DNA of 64,000 nucleotides. Origin: Marsupella aquatica. Lineage: Eukaryota; Plantae; Marchantiophyta. The notes below the pieces were generated by a model. That model was not told the DNA's origin. It searched no databases and worked only from the letters and a program-made list of their open reading frames with translations. Positions within the stretch are counted from its first letter, which is position 1. Every line of letters starts with the position of its first letter. Made by a program: the position numbers and the translations under genes. Shown here in pieces: positions 26,496 to 38,836 of this stretch. Location of the stretch: contig OZ316899.1 in NCBI GenBank assembly GCA_973895155.1, positions 124,001 through 188,000 of the forward strand, in the 5' to 3' direction.

Positions 26496-29400
26496 AGTTG
26501 CTAATTTGAATTTTGCACGAGGACGGTCCACACTCTAAACTATTAATTACTGACAAACGGTTGTCCAACAACGACAAATCCGTTTGGAGCATCCATCACA
26601 TGTCATTACACCACATACTGCTCTTCATCTTGCATGAGCTTCCAGTTTCCGTCATGTTCGGGTAATCTGGTGCCCGAGCACTTGGTGGCCTACGCTGTGA
26701 ATGGTACGTTTTATTATTGGTTTGCTTTAGGGTTCAATCTCGGGTTCAATCAGGATTTAGGGTCCTGTACTCTAAAACCCTAAATGATATTAATCGGTCC
26801 TGTGAAGTTGCTCCCGACTTACCGGAAACTTACAGTCGCAATGGCAACGTCTAATAATTGCATATCATTGGTGTGATATGATACCGAGCAATTGAGGGGA
26901 ATCTGCTTGTCTGGCTGCTATTATTGGCTCCCTATATATGGTTCAAGTACCTGCGGGAATTGACCAATGTATGAGTTTTATTATGACGCACACGTTACCT
27001 GCGTTCCATGTGTACTCCAAGATTCTACGTACTACCTCTTGGGGATGTTAAACCGTAAACTTGTCGATGTCCCTCTCGCGCCTGAATGAATCAACTCCCT
27101 CAGCTTCATCTTCAATGAATGTACATCCAAGACATTCAGAGTCTCCTTTAATCCTTCAATTCTATTAGGGATGGAGGGGGGGGAACTTAAAGGTGGAGCA
27201 CAGGGAGCAACCAACCCAAGGTTGCCTGGACACTTTGTCCGAACAAGATTTCTCCCTTCATGCATGAATGTCGTGTTTGCCTATGAGGACGCGATTCTAC
27301 TACTCTATGATACTTTAACTCACCTTTTTCGAGGGCACACCTTCTGCGCCCAGGTTACGCTATAAGCATTTTTATGACAAAATGCAGACAGTCAGTGAGC
27401 TCCCAAATCTCACACAGACAACCCAGTCGTTAGGCTCTCCGGAAACGCAAAGGGTTACCAGCAATATATCGGTGGAAAATATAAAATACCGGAATCTCGG
27501 GACGAACAGCTTCCCAATCTATGCATGCATACTCGTTGGCATTCTTGTCCTAGCTAGTGTCACCGTCACCGTCACCAAATAAACTGTCCGAACAGGATGT
27601 CTCCGAACACGACCCTCGTTAGCTATTCAACAAGTAAGGATCGATTATGAAAGAGGGAAAAAAATATCTAACCCATTACGATGAATTTACTGGTAATCCC
27701 GACTTCGACAGATGTATGTAGTGCGGACACACATCCATACACAACTCACATCGTGGCACACCATGTAAACAAGAAAACAAATAATCACACGACACACAAC
27801 ACATGTACGCCAAAATCCATAACAATCTCTTGCAAAACGGGACCCCGCTGCAAGGTATCACTAAGTCGAGCCAAACTCACCCGCTAGCCATGCGGGACTC
27901 CAAGTCTACTATACACATAGCAGAACCCTGCCAATGTCGCTCTACGTGCCAACCGGCATACACTCTCTCTCTCTCACCATAGCCACACTCACATGAGCTC
28001 TACTAGTGCCGGAAGGCTCAACTTGGAAGAATGAGGAGCTAATCCCTCATTCTCCAAGGTATACCCCCATGGCACAAGGCATGGTAACCTGGGTGAAGAG
28101 GTCACCCTTACCAGGTGACCTGCTATGCCAGGTCATCCTCCCAAAATCACAACACATGTGCAACCAACAAAGTTGCAACTCAAATGCAACATGGTGTGAC
28201 ATGTACCTACTCCTTACCTCTCCAAGCATTTTAATAAACTTTTTTTGAAGTGTGGTCAGCTGTCTCTACTATTGTACGCTCGCCTGCCTCAATCAATGGG
28301 AGACCAAATTGCGCTGCAAAAGCTGCATTAAAGCCAACTTTATGTTCCTCGCGTTAATTCTGAATGCATGCAGCTGCGCGCGCCCACCTGCGGCGTCTCC
28401 ATGCGTTTTGCTCAAGAAGGCGTCTCTCGTTTGTTTAATTTCACCCGGGGTTTCTCCAGCACCGAGAACATCTCATTCCCAGTATTCCTCAAAAGTCCCC
28501 GCTTCTCATTCTCGTTTGATCTGAATTTCATCATGAATGGTGTGACCTAGAGCTGCGCCTTGGTTAATGCTGGCTCACTTTCCCATCTGAGCATCGAATT
28601 CTCTTTGGAAACTTCTGCCGAGATTAGCAAACTGTAAAGCCTGGCCCTAATTCATCTCTCCCCATCCATGCCTACATCCGCTTCGACGGCCCTTCCTCGT
28701 CTGTCCACTGTTTGTACCAATGTGCTCGCGTAAATAACAGTAGCATTTCATGTGGCGATCGAGGGTCCTTTGGCATTATACAAAGTAACACCGATGCCGC
28801 ATATATGTGGACATCCCTAACACACTGCCGTATTTCATCAAGGAAGGGCGGGACGGTCCGAATCATGTTTAGCCTGGGCGTGTGTACTCTAATCCCAAGA
28901 TTGTGGCGCCATATCGATTAATACCCCAACCGTTGGTACGCCTTTCTCGATTGTCATATATATGCCATGTACTTATCACCGGACAGAACTTGGAACACAT
29001 TATTTAATGAAATCACGGGGAGGTGACCGTACGGTCCACATACAGCAAGGCTAGCGAGCTGGGCCAAAATCACTTCCCAGCACTCTAAAATTCTCTACAC
29101 TAGCTTCTAACCCATCTAACTACATTGTCGGCACGTCGAAGTCACAACCTCAAAAAAAGCTCTCGATCTTCTTCCCACACGTAATTTTTTGCGTCCTCCG
29201 GATTGAAGGGGAACTCGTCGGTTTGCATGAGCTCTCCGATCCTTGGCAGGCTACAGCCAGCGGCAGGATCGATCCCTTTTCAATTTGTCATAATACTCCC
29301 AAGCTTCATGACTAATTAGCATGGGGGAGGACTGGTAGATGTACAAAACTCATCCACCCACTGCTGGATACTGCGATATATGTGGGTGGTGTAAAAATGA

Positions 29401-31740
29401 AAGGACTGAAGACCACGTACATGTCGTGCCGCAATGTGGTTAGTTGCGTTCCACTCTGCTGCTTAAATAATTAAAAAACAAACGATCATTTGGGGCAGCG
29501 TACGTACTTCCCACGGACTTTTCATTTTCCCCAATTCAACTTTCCAACACAAGGGGTACCACTAGACCGGATTATTTTCCTATGGAGTCCGGGGCTATTA
29601 TATTGAACTTCTGAATGATTGTGCCTCCTCGGAACGTCGATCCGGGTACCGATGATCTCCATGTACTAGAACGGTCAGGTATAATTGAGGGTTGGCAGGG
29701 TGTTCTATCTCTAATTCCAATAATACACGGAAATTGCGTGAGTCCGCTACTTGCCTTTGGGTACTCAATATTTTGGATTGTAAGGGGTATTACGTACATA
29801 ATCCGGTCAAGGTTTCCTAGTCGAATGGCGCGTTTGTTGTTAATTCTTGCACCCGACGGAATGATGTGCAGGGTCTCCAGCCCCATTGCCTCATCCGCTT
29901 CAATCGATCGTCGTTAGAACGCCCACCCGCTGGACTGATCGAACAAGCCCTTTCAAGAATAGAATGCTCACCAGTTGGACTTTCTTCGCTTACGTTGATC
30001 AGGTCTTCCAGCGCTTCTGCTAGTATCTTGGCAGCAGTGGCAGCCTCCTCCCTTAATTAACACCTGTACTTGGAATATCCCAAGCTTTGTACCGAACATA
30101 TTAATTTAATGTTATTGCTGGACCAGTTTGTTCCCAGCTATGTACTTCCCTCAATCACTTCTCCATTTCTTTATCTCTCCTCTCTGCACTCTCCGCGAGC
30201 GCGGCAATTAAGTAGTGTAAGCACTCTTCTCCTCCAGCTGCTGGCGGAGTCCTTTGCACTGAACTTCATCCCGATGGAACTTTTGTTCCTACTCCAACAT
30301 CTCCATCCTTGCCGTGCTCTCCATGGAACCTTTGTTCCTACTCCCATGGCGGCTGCAACGTCCCCTTTCTCCGTCGCAGCTAGCAGAATGGCGATCAACT
30401 CGCGCCGATGCTGGACTGGTAACTGACCTTATTGGCATAGTCGACGCTACAAACGCTTTAATCATTCTTTTGTTGGTGGATTGCGTGGGTGATTATAAAC
30501 GCCAGCATGGCAAAGTCGCTCTGCTTGGTTGCATTGCCTGGCCGAGTGGATAAGCTGCTTCTCACCACGAGTGCACCGGTGGCATTTCGGTGCACCGTGC
30601 TCTTCGGACTGAAACCACCAAACAAACAAAAAACTGCATTTTGCGACTATTTGGATCAGTCCTTAAGTACCGGGCCGCACAAAACAGAGGCTCTACACGA
30701 GAGCCGCATATCCCGGGTCGAAATTGAATTTAGGGACAAAGTCTGCTTAGGTTTAAGGTGTACGGTTGCTGTTTTTCAGTTAGTGAACAGTTATGGGCTA
30801 TTTCTGCCCCTTTAGAGTTGAGGGTGTCTGCACAAAGACTCTAGAGAGCCTGAAAACCGGGGGGTGTGTGGTGTTGAGCAGGGCATGGGTTCAGTTGGGC
30901 CGGAGCCAAAGAACGGATACCAGCAGGGTGAATGGTGCCATGGTATGATGCCATGAGAGTTCGCAACTGAGGTAGCTGCACTATCCGGGCTCCTGATCAG
31001 TTGATGTTTTGAGGTTGGGGGCGAATGGACTTCCTTCTTTATTACTCTCCAACACCATGTCACCTTGGATGTTTGAGAGGGGGTGGTCCCCTCATATATA
31101 CTACTTGAACCACAACGCATGAGTTCTTAAATCTGGTGGGAAGTACAACCGAGTCTGGGAGTAGGAACCCGGTCTCCATCGGTGCTGACTCTCATTAGGG
31201 ATGGGACCCCGGGGCCTTTTTGCACCCCAATAACTCCGGGGAGTCTGGACCGTCTCAAGAAGTCGGTTTGTGGGGTCTGTGTACGGGGGGATGCCCTCTC
31301 CCTTGTTGCTCCTTTGTCGTTGATCTTCTCTCCATCGTGGCTCCTTTGTCGCGGATCGCGTCTCCATCGGTGCTGACTCTCAGTCTCCTTGGTCTCTGCC
31401 TTGGTTGCCGCTACCTCCTACATAGGGGTCGCGTGGGGCAGCTCACGGTCGTTAGCACAGCCACACAGGGCCGCCGGGCGGGGTGACCTCTCCCACCCTA
31501 ATAATAATATTATATTATTAAAAGCGGGCCGCTCCCTCCCTCCTCATAGACATATACGATGTATGACACCCCTGCATACCGTCATAATCCTAGTTTTTTC
31601 TTTTCAATCAATGAATGCAGCCACATTTTGATGTGTGATTACCAGCAGGGCTCATATATGTGTGGCGCCGTGGCGGGGAGGCGGGCTTGTTGCTCCCTCC
31701 CTTGTCGATGGGCGTGGTATCCATTATTATTATTACTAGA

Positions 31741-32640
31741 ACTAGAATCTAGCTCAATACCCGTGCGTTGCACAAAAGAAGTCGTGTCGGCCAAATAAGA
31801 TGTCGAGTTGGCCAATAGGTCGTTGAGAGAAAAGATTTCTTGTAGGCCAAGATGTCGTTGAGAAAAAGGATGTCATGTAGGCAACGACATCGTTGAGGGA
31901 AAAGCCAAGACATCGTTGAGGGAAAATACCTGTGCGTTGCACAAAAGATGTCCTTAAAAAAAAAGGTGTTGCCCAAAATGTCGTTAAAATTAACATGTCG
32001 TGGCGCCCAAGATATCGTTAAGAAAACAGATCATGTCGTGTCCCCCAAGATGTTGTGTCCCCCAAGATGTAGGTAAGAGAAAAGTGTTGTGGCACCCAAA
32101 ATGCAGTTAAGAGAAAAATATGTTGTGTTTCCCAAGAATGATATTCTTAAGTGAAAGATGTCATGAAGTAAAACGATGTTGTTAAGAAAAAGAAGTCATT
32201 TTACCAAAGATGGCATGTTGCCAAAAAGGTCATCAAGTAAAAAATTGTCGTCAAGTAAATAGATGTCATGTCGCCAATGATGTCGTTATGCCAAAGATGT
32301 GGTTAAGTATTAAGATGTTGTTAAGTACAAAATGGTCAATAGATAAAGTATGTCATTAGTAAAAGATGTTGTTAAGTACATATTGGGCCTGATACCTGTG
32401 CATTGCACAAATGATGCATGTTGAGGTGAGAAAATATGTCAAGGTGAAAAAAGATGTCAATGAGAGAAAACATTTAGCGCTGAGAAAAATATGTCAAGGA
32501 GAGAAAAGATGGCAAGATGACAAAAAGACGTCAATTAGAGAAAAACATTCTGAGGTCAGAAAAATATGTCAAGGAGAGAAAAGATATGTTAAAGAGACGA
32601 CACCCATTCAAGGCCAAGTCAATACTTTACATTGAAAAGT
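31741..32640 (-). mobile_element. Non-autonomous Helitron-like element end with internal degenerate AT-rich repeats
   Basis: ACTAGAATCTAGCTCAATACCCGTGCGTTGCAC is the reverse complement of the classic plant Helitron 3' end (GTGCAACGCACGGG...CTAG|T). The hairpin recurs at 31932 and 32398; GATGTCGTT(G/A)AG-like units lie between them. Confidence 0.6.
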
Positions 32641-33436
32641 CATATAAAAAAGTCACGGCATCTTAGGTCAGGGCAGGGAGATAGCAACACATGGATGAGC
32701 ACATACACCAAGTCCTTCGCAAGTAGAAAGATTAACATAATAATACAGCCTGACCATTATGAGGGAGGAAACAGGTCCGAGACTTGTTGAGGTCAATATT
32801 TACACTGTAGCTATATCCTAGCATGAGTCAGAGATCAATGAGCGCATAAGAACAGTATGTTACACTATAGCATCCCCAGTCATGGGTGGAGCACAATAAA
32901 GTATGAAAGGTCTGTGGCCTGCATCATAGTAAGGCATTCCGAAAAAATATCACGAACAGGAAGCCATTCAAACGCGCGGCTGGTATATAGATTTGTGGAT
33001 GAAGTGTAGAGACAGTCGGTCTTGTGCTCGTGTAATGGTTCGTCGTCCATGCGAAAGCTGAGTAATCTGTCGATCAACTGAACAGGGACACGTAGGTGAG
33101 CATTGTCTGACCAAGTAGGGAGCGCAGAAGGGAAACGTGAGCAAAATTGAAATGGAGAAAAAGATGAACTGTCCAATATTCATGAGAAAAAAGCACTGTG
33201 AGGAAAGGATACAGACAGGATGTCAAATGAACCTACGGACGGTGGCGAAGCAATTAGACAGCGTACAGGGCAGCAACCGAGCGGAGTATAGAGATAAAAA
33301 GGTGAAAAATGAATATATCTCAGAACTGCATGTGTTACGATAGGCGCGGCGAGAAAATGCAGGTGTGCTACAATCTACCTTAATCCTAAAAGAGCAAATG
33401 ATAAGCTATCCACTCCTAGAGATGTCGCAAGTATTC

Positions 33437-34765
33437 TTAATCACACATCATTGAAGTGGATGTTGCGTCGTGGAAGAGGTGACTGTCCATTTGCCGATCC
33501 AGGGGAGCCTGATGATGTCGGGCGTCCCAAAGACCGGCTAAATGTCCCGGCCGTGCCGTTTGGAGTGTTGGGTTCTTTTTTGTCACAGAGGTTTGTTCAA
33601 AGAATTCCCTAGGCTTGATCAATGTTTCAATGATGCGTGCCCCTCTTGGCATCCCCGTATGCTGAGAGGAGTTGAATGTGCATTCGGGTCCCGCAGCCGT
33701 TCTCCAACGGCTTCTAAGATGAACTGTCGTACGAAGAGGAACGCGACTTGATCCAAACTAGTACGACGAGTGTCACCACCCAAAAAACTCATCATGAGAA
33801 CCAATCTTCCTTGCGCAGATGAAGCGTTAAAAAACAAATCAAGGTGGTTAGCCATATACCAAATAGCGTGATCAAACCAGACGATTTGGCCGGTACATCC
33901 TCCCTTCGTAGTGGAATTACAGGAGCATCGAAGGAATGGCCGATGCCAGTTCCAGAATTTAGTCTTTGTGTTCATGTGGAGACCGAGAAGAATTAGTATT
34001 GAAGTGTCCCCTGATCTTCACTCCAGCTTCGACGCTGCACTTGTACTTAGGGGCCCCACATACGGTCATGGGCCATCGAGTCACAAAGAGCGGCGTAGTT
34101 TCGATCCATGGAAAACCTTTAAGAGCGTTGTTCCGACAGGTCTTGATGTCTTCGTCAGAGAGAGACGCCCACGACTTCCACATCTCGATCGACATGGGGG
34201 CAAGATTGTTAATGTTCGGGATTCGCCACATACAGCAGTCAACTTTAGAGGCTTCCCACTCAAGAAATCGAGGAGGGTTATTGGGCACAAATGGTTTGCC
34301 GTCCTGTTTGAAATCATCCAACTCTCTCTGTGAGGATTGCGCTCCGTCAATAGCCTCATCAAATGCAGCGCGTTCCTCTGTTGAGAGCCATTTGGTGTTG
34401 AGAAGCGGGTTCTCCCGAAGTTTGGTAGCGACATCTGAGATAGAAGGAGCGATAGGGATATCGTTACAACTCATCGGGGTGTATGCAAGCATTCTAGCTA
34501 GTCGTCTGCTCGTCATACGAGATTGCTCCAGTTCGTCCTCATCAATGTTCTCAAAGCTACTCAGCAAAGTCGAAAAAGAATTAAGTTTTTCAAGCGCAGC
34601 AGAGGTACCAACGCAACCAGCAGCCTGGTAAATGGAAAACCACTCATTGATTCTCAGGATGTGTAACAATAACTGACCTGGCTCCTCATCCTCACCACGT
34701 TTCATCACCTCACGATCATGTATCTGTATGGCGTCATGAATCTCACTTTGTCGAATGGATGCCAC
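33437..34765 (-). pseudogene. Orphan ~440-codon frameshifted ORF of unknown family
   Basis: Three overlapping minus-strand ORFs (33959-34765, 33619-33975, 33437-33652) join with two frameshifts. Composition is protein-like; I recognised no motif. Confidence 0.4.
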
Positions 34766-34859
34766 GATTATACTTCTTGATAGTTCTTGTTTGATTGATT
34801 GATTTACGGCAACAACATTTGCAGGGCCCCGGGAGAGATGGAGCCACGGTGAACTAGGG

Positions 34860-35340
34860 TTGATTTGGGAGGCAGAGGACGGATACTAGCAGGGTGAATG
34901 GTGCGCGGGTTTGATACCATCAGGGCTCGCGGTGGGATCGCCGCACTATGTGGGGTGTCATGATCATGAGTTCACGTTTCGAGAATGGCAAGATCAGAGT
35001 TCATCCCTTTGTGTTTTGCATGGCCGAGGCAGGGAGCCACAACGAAGAAGGGAAGGGTTTAGGGAAAACCCCTAAACCCTAAACACAGAACCCTAACTGG
35101 GAAGGCTGAGTGGTGCCCTGGTTTGATACCATTGGGGCTCGTGATGAGATTGCTGCACTATGTGGGGTTCTGATCATGAGTTGACATTTCGAGAATGGCA
35201 GGATTGGAGTTATCCCTTTGTGTGTGCGAGGCCGGGGCAGGGAGCCATGACGAAGAAGGTAAGGGTTTAGGGAAAACCCCTAAACACGTAAACACAGAAC
35301 CCTAACCGCCTGGAAGGCTGAGGGGTGCCCTGATTTTCTG
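34860..35340. repeat. Tandem ~200-bp units, each containing a telomere-repeat hairpin
   Basis: Units share GATACCAT...GCACTATGTGGGGT...GAGAATGGCA...GGGTTTAGGGAAAACCCCTAAAC; related to 30880-31090. Confidence 0.8.
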
Positions 35341-35665
35341 CCATGAATGGAGTTTGAGGTAATTCCAGGTTCGGGCATCCCTAAACCCTAAACCCTAAAC
35401 TTCAGGCAGGTGTGTGTTGGCCAGCCGCACAGGGAGAGGCTCTACGCAATAGTCGTGCAGCGGGGAGGTGGAAGAAGGCAAAGATGGGACTAGTACAGTA
35501 GTGGTGGTAGTGTAGTTTTGTGGAGGGCGTTCATGTTCTCTAAGGCGAGTGCTGTGCCCATGGAGTGAACATGGGTGGAGGGTCTAGGGTCACGTGTCCT
35601 GGTTGCTGTAAAGCCAGGAATCGGGTGTCGCAAAATTAGATGGCGGGCAAATGATTGAGTGTTAC

Positions 35666-37047
35666 GGAATTGGCCAGAAAGAGGCTAGGTGAATCCCGTG
35701 AGTGAAGTTCCAGGAGAGGCAGAGGTGAGGCAGTCCACAGTGGCCGCAGCGTATGGAGAGGCTCTACGCGATAGATGGCAGGGTAAGCAGAGTTGGTGCG
35801 AGGGGAGTACGGGAAGAAGGCCTTAGTGCTATCCGGGCTCCCAAAGCAGTGACGTTTGAAGAATGGTGCAGGGATTGATTTACTTTGTATTTTCATGGCA
35901 CGACTGTCTTTTTCGGGTGTTCGTGGCAAGAAGAACACGAAACTACGGTAAACCCTGAACCGGAAACGGTAAACCCAATAAACGTAAACGTGAGTTGGCA
36001 TTTGGAGGATGACAAGATTGTAGTTGATTCGTTGGTGAATTGGGGGCCGTGGGAGGGAGGCACGAGGAACAGCCCAAGGGTAAGGGAACCCTAAAATAAA
36101 CCCTAAATGACGGGGAGGGAGGGTGGGCAGAGTTGATGCGAGGGGAGTATGGGAAGAAGGCCTTAGTGCTATCCGGGCTCCCGAAGCAGTGAGTTTTGAA
36201 GAATGGTGCGGGGATCGACTTGCTTTGTAATGTTGGTTCCTTTGTATTTTAGGAATTGGCCAGAAAGAGGCTAGGTGAATCCCATGAGTGAAGTTCCAGG
36301 AGAGGCAGAGGTGAGGCAGTTCACAGTGGCCGCAGCGTATGGAGAGGCTCTACGCGATAGATGGCAGGGTAGGCAGAGTTGGTGCGAGGGGAGTACGGGA
36401 AGAAGGCCTTAGTGCTATCCGGGCTCCCGAAGCAGTGACGTTTGAAGAATGGTGCAGGGATTGATTTACTTTGTATTTTCATGGCACGACTGTCTTTTTC
36501 GGGTGTTCGTGGCAAGAAGAACACGAAACTACAGTAAACCCTGAACCGGAAACGGTAAACCCAATAAACGTAAACGTGAGTTGGCATTTGGAGGATGACA
36601 AGATTGTAGTTGATTCGTTGGTGAATTGGGGGCCGTGGGAGGGAGGCACGAGGAACAGCCCAAGGGTAAGGGAACCCTAAAATAAACCCTAAATGACGGG
36701 GAGGGAGGGTGGGCAGAGTTGATGCGAGGGGAGTATGGGAAGAAGGCCTTAGTGCTATCCGGGCTCCCGAAGCAGTGAGTTTTGAAGAATGGCGCGCGGA
36801 TCGACTTGCTTTGTAATGTTGGTTCCTTTGTATTTTAGGGGGCCGTGGGAGGGAGCCACGAGGAATAGCACAAGGGTAAGGGAACCCTAAAATAAACCCT
36901 AAATGACGGGGAGGGAGGGTGGGCAGAGTTGATGCGAGGGGAGTATGGAAAGAAGGCCGCAGTGCTATCCGGGCTCCCGAAGCAGTGAGTTTTAAAGAAT
37001 GGCGCGGGGATCGACTTGCTTTGTAATGTTGGTTCCTTTGTATTTTC
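35666..37047. repeat. Tandem duplication, 2 x 586 bp plus a 210-bp sub-duplication
   Basis: GGAATTGGCCAGAAAGAGG at 35666 and 36252; identical track ORFs at 35885 and 36471; CAAGGGTAAGGGAACCCTAAAATAAACCCT at 36661 and 36871. Confidence 0.92.
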
Positions 37048-37183
37048 ATGGCGGGACGTCTTTTTCGGGCACTCGTGGCAAAAAGACCACGAAAAAGACC
37101 GCAAAGACCGGGCATTGCGATCGCTGGGCTGCACGAAAATGTATATAGGGTTTTCTCCAAGGTTTTTTGAGGCAGATTTTTAA

Positions 37184-37716
37184 GGTTTTTTCCAAAAAAT
37201 ATTCACGCATAAATTGGTGGCCAAGATGGATTCCCCGGGGAAAACCTTCCCCCTTTTTTTCCCTTTTTTTTCCGGAATTTTTCGGGCTTTTTTTGGGCCT
37301 GTATTCGGCCTTTTTCGGAGGGCCTTTTCACCCCAAAAAACCATGCCCCAAAACTGATGAACCACTTCGAAAACAAGGGGCGAAAACTCAGGGCCAAACT
37401 CGGGGCGAAAAACCCTAAAACCCTAAACCCTAAACCCTAAAGGGTTTTTTCCAAAAAATATTCACGCATAAATTGGTGGCGAAGATGGATTCCCCGGGGA
37501 AAACCTTCCCCCTTTTTTTTCCCTTTTTTTTCCCTTTTTTTTCGGGCTTTTTTCGGGCCTGTTTTCGGCCTTTTTCGGAGGGCCTTTTCACCCCAAAAAA
37601 CCATGCCCCAAAACTGATGGACCACTTCGAAAACAAGGGGCAAAAACTCGGGGCCAAACTCGGGGTGAAAAACCCTAAACCTAAAACCCTAAAACCTAAA
37701 CCCTAAACCCTAAACC
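37184..37716. repeat. 2 x ~259-bp units, each ending in short interstitial telomeric (CCCTAAA)n tracts
   Basis: CCAAAAAATATTCACGCATAAATTGG at 37192 and 37451; telomeric tracts at 37410-37440 and 37670-37716. Confidence 0.9.
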
Positions 37717-38205
37717 ACTCCTCTCAACCTCCCCATCTCAACCCCAACACACAACTCCCTAAACACCCCACACTCTCAACCTCCTAATCCCAACTCAACA
37801 CACACCTCTCCCAAAACACTCCTCTCAACCTCCCCATCCCACCCCCACACTCTCAACCTCCTAAACCCAACTCCACAGACCTCCCCAACCCCCCACACTC
37901 TCAACCTTCTAAACCCAACTCAACACACACCTCCCCCAAAACACTCCTCTCAACCTCCCCATCCCAACCCCACAACTCCCTCAACCCCCCACACTCTCAA
38001 CCTCCCCAACCCAACTCCAACACACAACTCCCTCAACGCCCCACCCCCCAAAACACTCCTCTCAACCTCCCCATCTCAACCCCAACACACAACTCCCTAA
38101 ACCCCCCACACTCTCAACCTCCTAATCCCAACTCAACACACACCTCCCCCAAAACACTCCTCTCAACCTCCCCATCCCAACCCCAACACACAACTCCCTC
38201 AACCG
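37716..38205. repeat. C/A-rich, nearly G-free degenerate satellite (~100-125-bp higher-order unit)
   Basis: AAAACACTCCTCTCAACCTCCCCATC recurs at ~37813, 37939, 38049 and 38151; almost no G on the + strand over ~490 bp. Confidence 0.9.
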
Positions 38206-38836
38206 TGCACAGCATGTAGGAGACCATGTTCCGCGCTCCCTAAATACCCTGAAATGGCCTGAAGACGGGCCTCATTGCACGCGCTGTGCAGAGAAGATAT
38301 ATACAGGTTTGAACAATAATGTTGTGGGGAGTCCAAATGTTGAAACGTTGAGACCGTGCACTGCATGTAGGAGACCATGCACCGCGCTCCCTAAATACCC
38401 TGAAATGGCCTGAAGACCGGCCTCATTGCACGTGCTGTGTAGAGATCGACTTGCTTTGTAATGTTGGTTCCTTTGTATTTTCATGGCAGGACAGTCTTTT
38501 TCGAGCACTCGTGGCAAAAAGACCACGAAAAAGACCGCAAAGACCGGGCATTGCGATCACTGGGCTGCACGAAAATGTATATATAAAAAATACCCTAAAA
38601 TGGCCTGAAGACCGGTCTCATTGCACGCGCTGTGCAAAGAAGATATGTACAGGCCTCATTGCATGCGCTGTGGAGAGAAGATATATACAGGCCTGAAGAC
38701 CGGCCTCATTGCACGCGCTGTGCAGAGAAGATATGACATTGTACAGGCTCCCTAAATACCTTGAAATGGCCTGAAGACCAGGCTCATTGCACGCAGAGTG
38801 AGAGGAAGATATATACAGGGTTTAGGGTTTAGGGTT
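38205..38836. repeat. Degenerate tandem repeat ending in a (TTTAGGG)n tract
   Basis: GCTCCCTAAATACCCTGAAATGGCCTGAAGAC...CTCATTGCACGCGCTGTGCAGAGAAG repeated ~4 times; GGGTTTAGGGTTTAGGGTT at 38818-38836. Confidence 0.85.

Noticed and set aside
35636-37706. ORFs up to 279 aa in the 35-38 kb region
   Set aside because: Products of tandem repeats; identical peptides recur with the repeat period.
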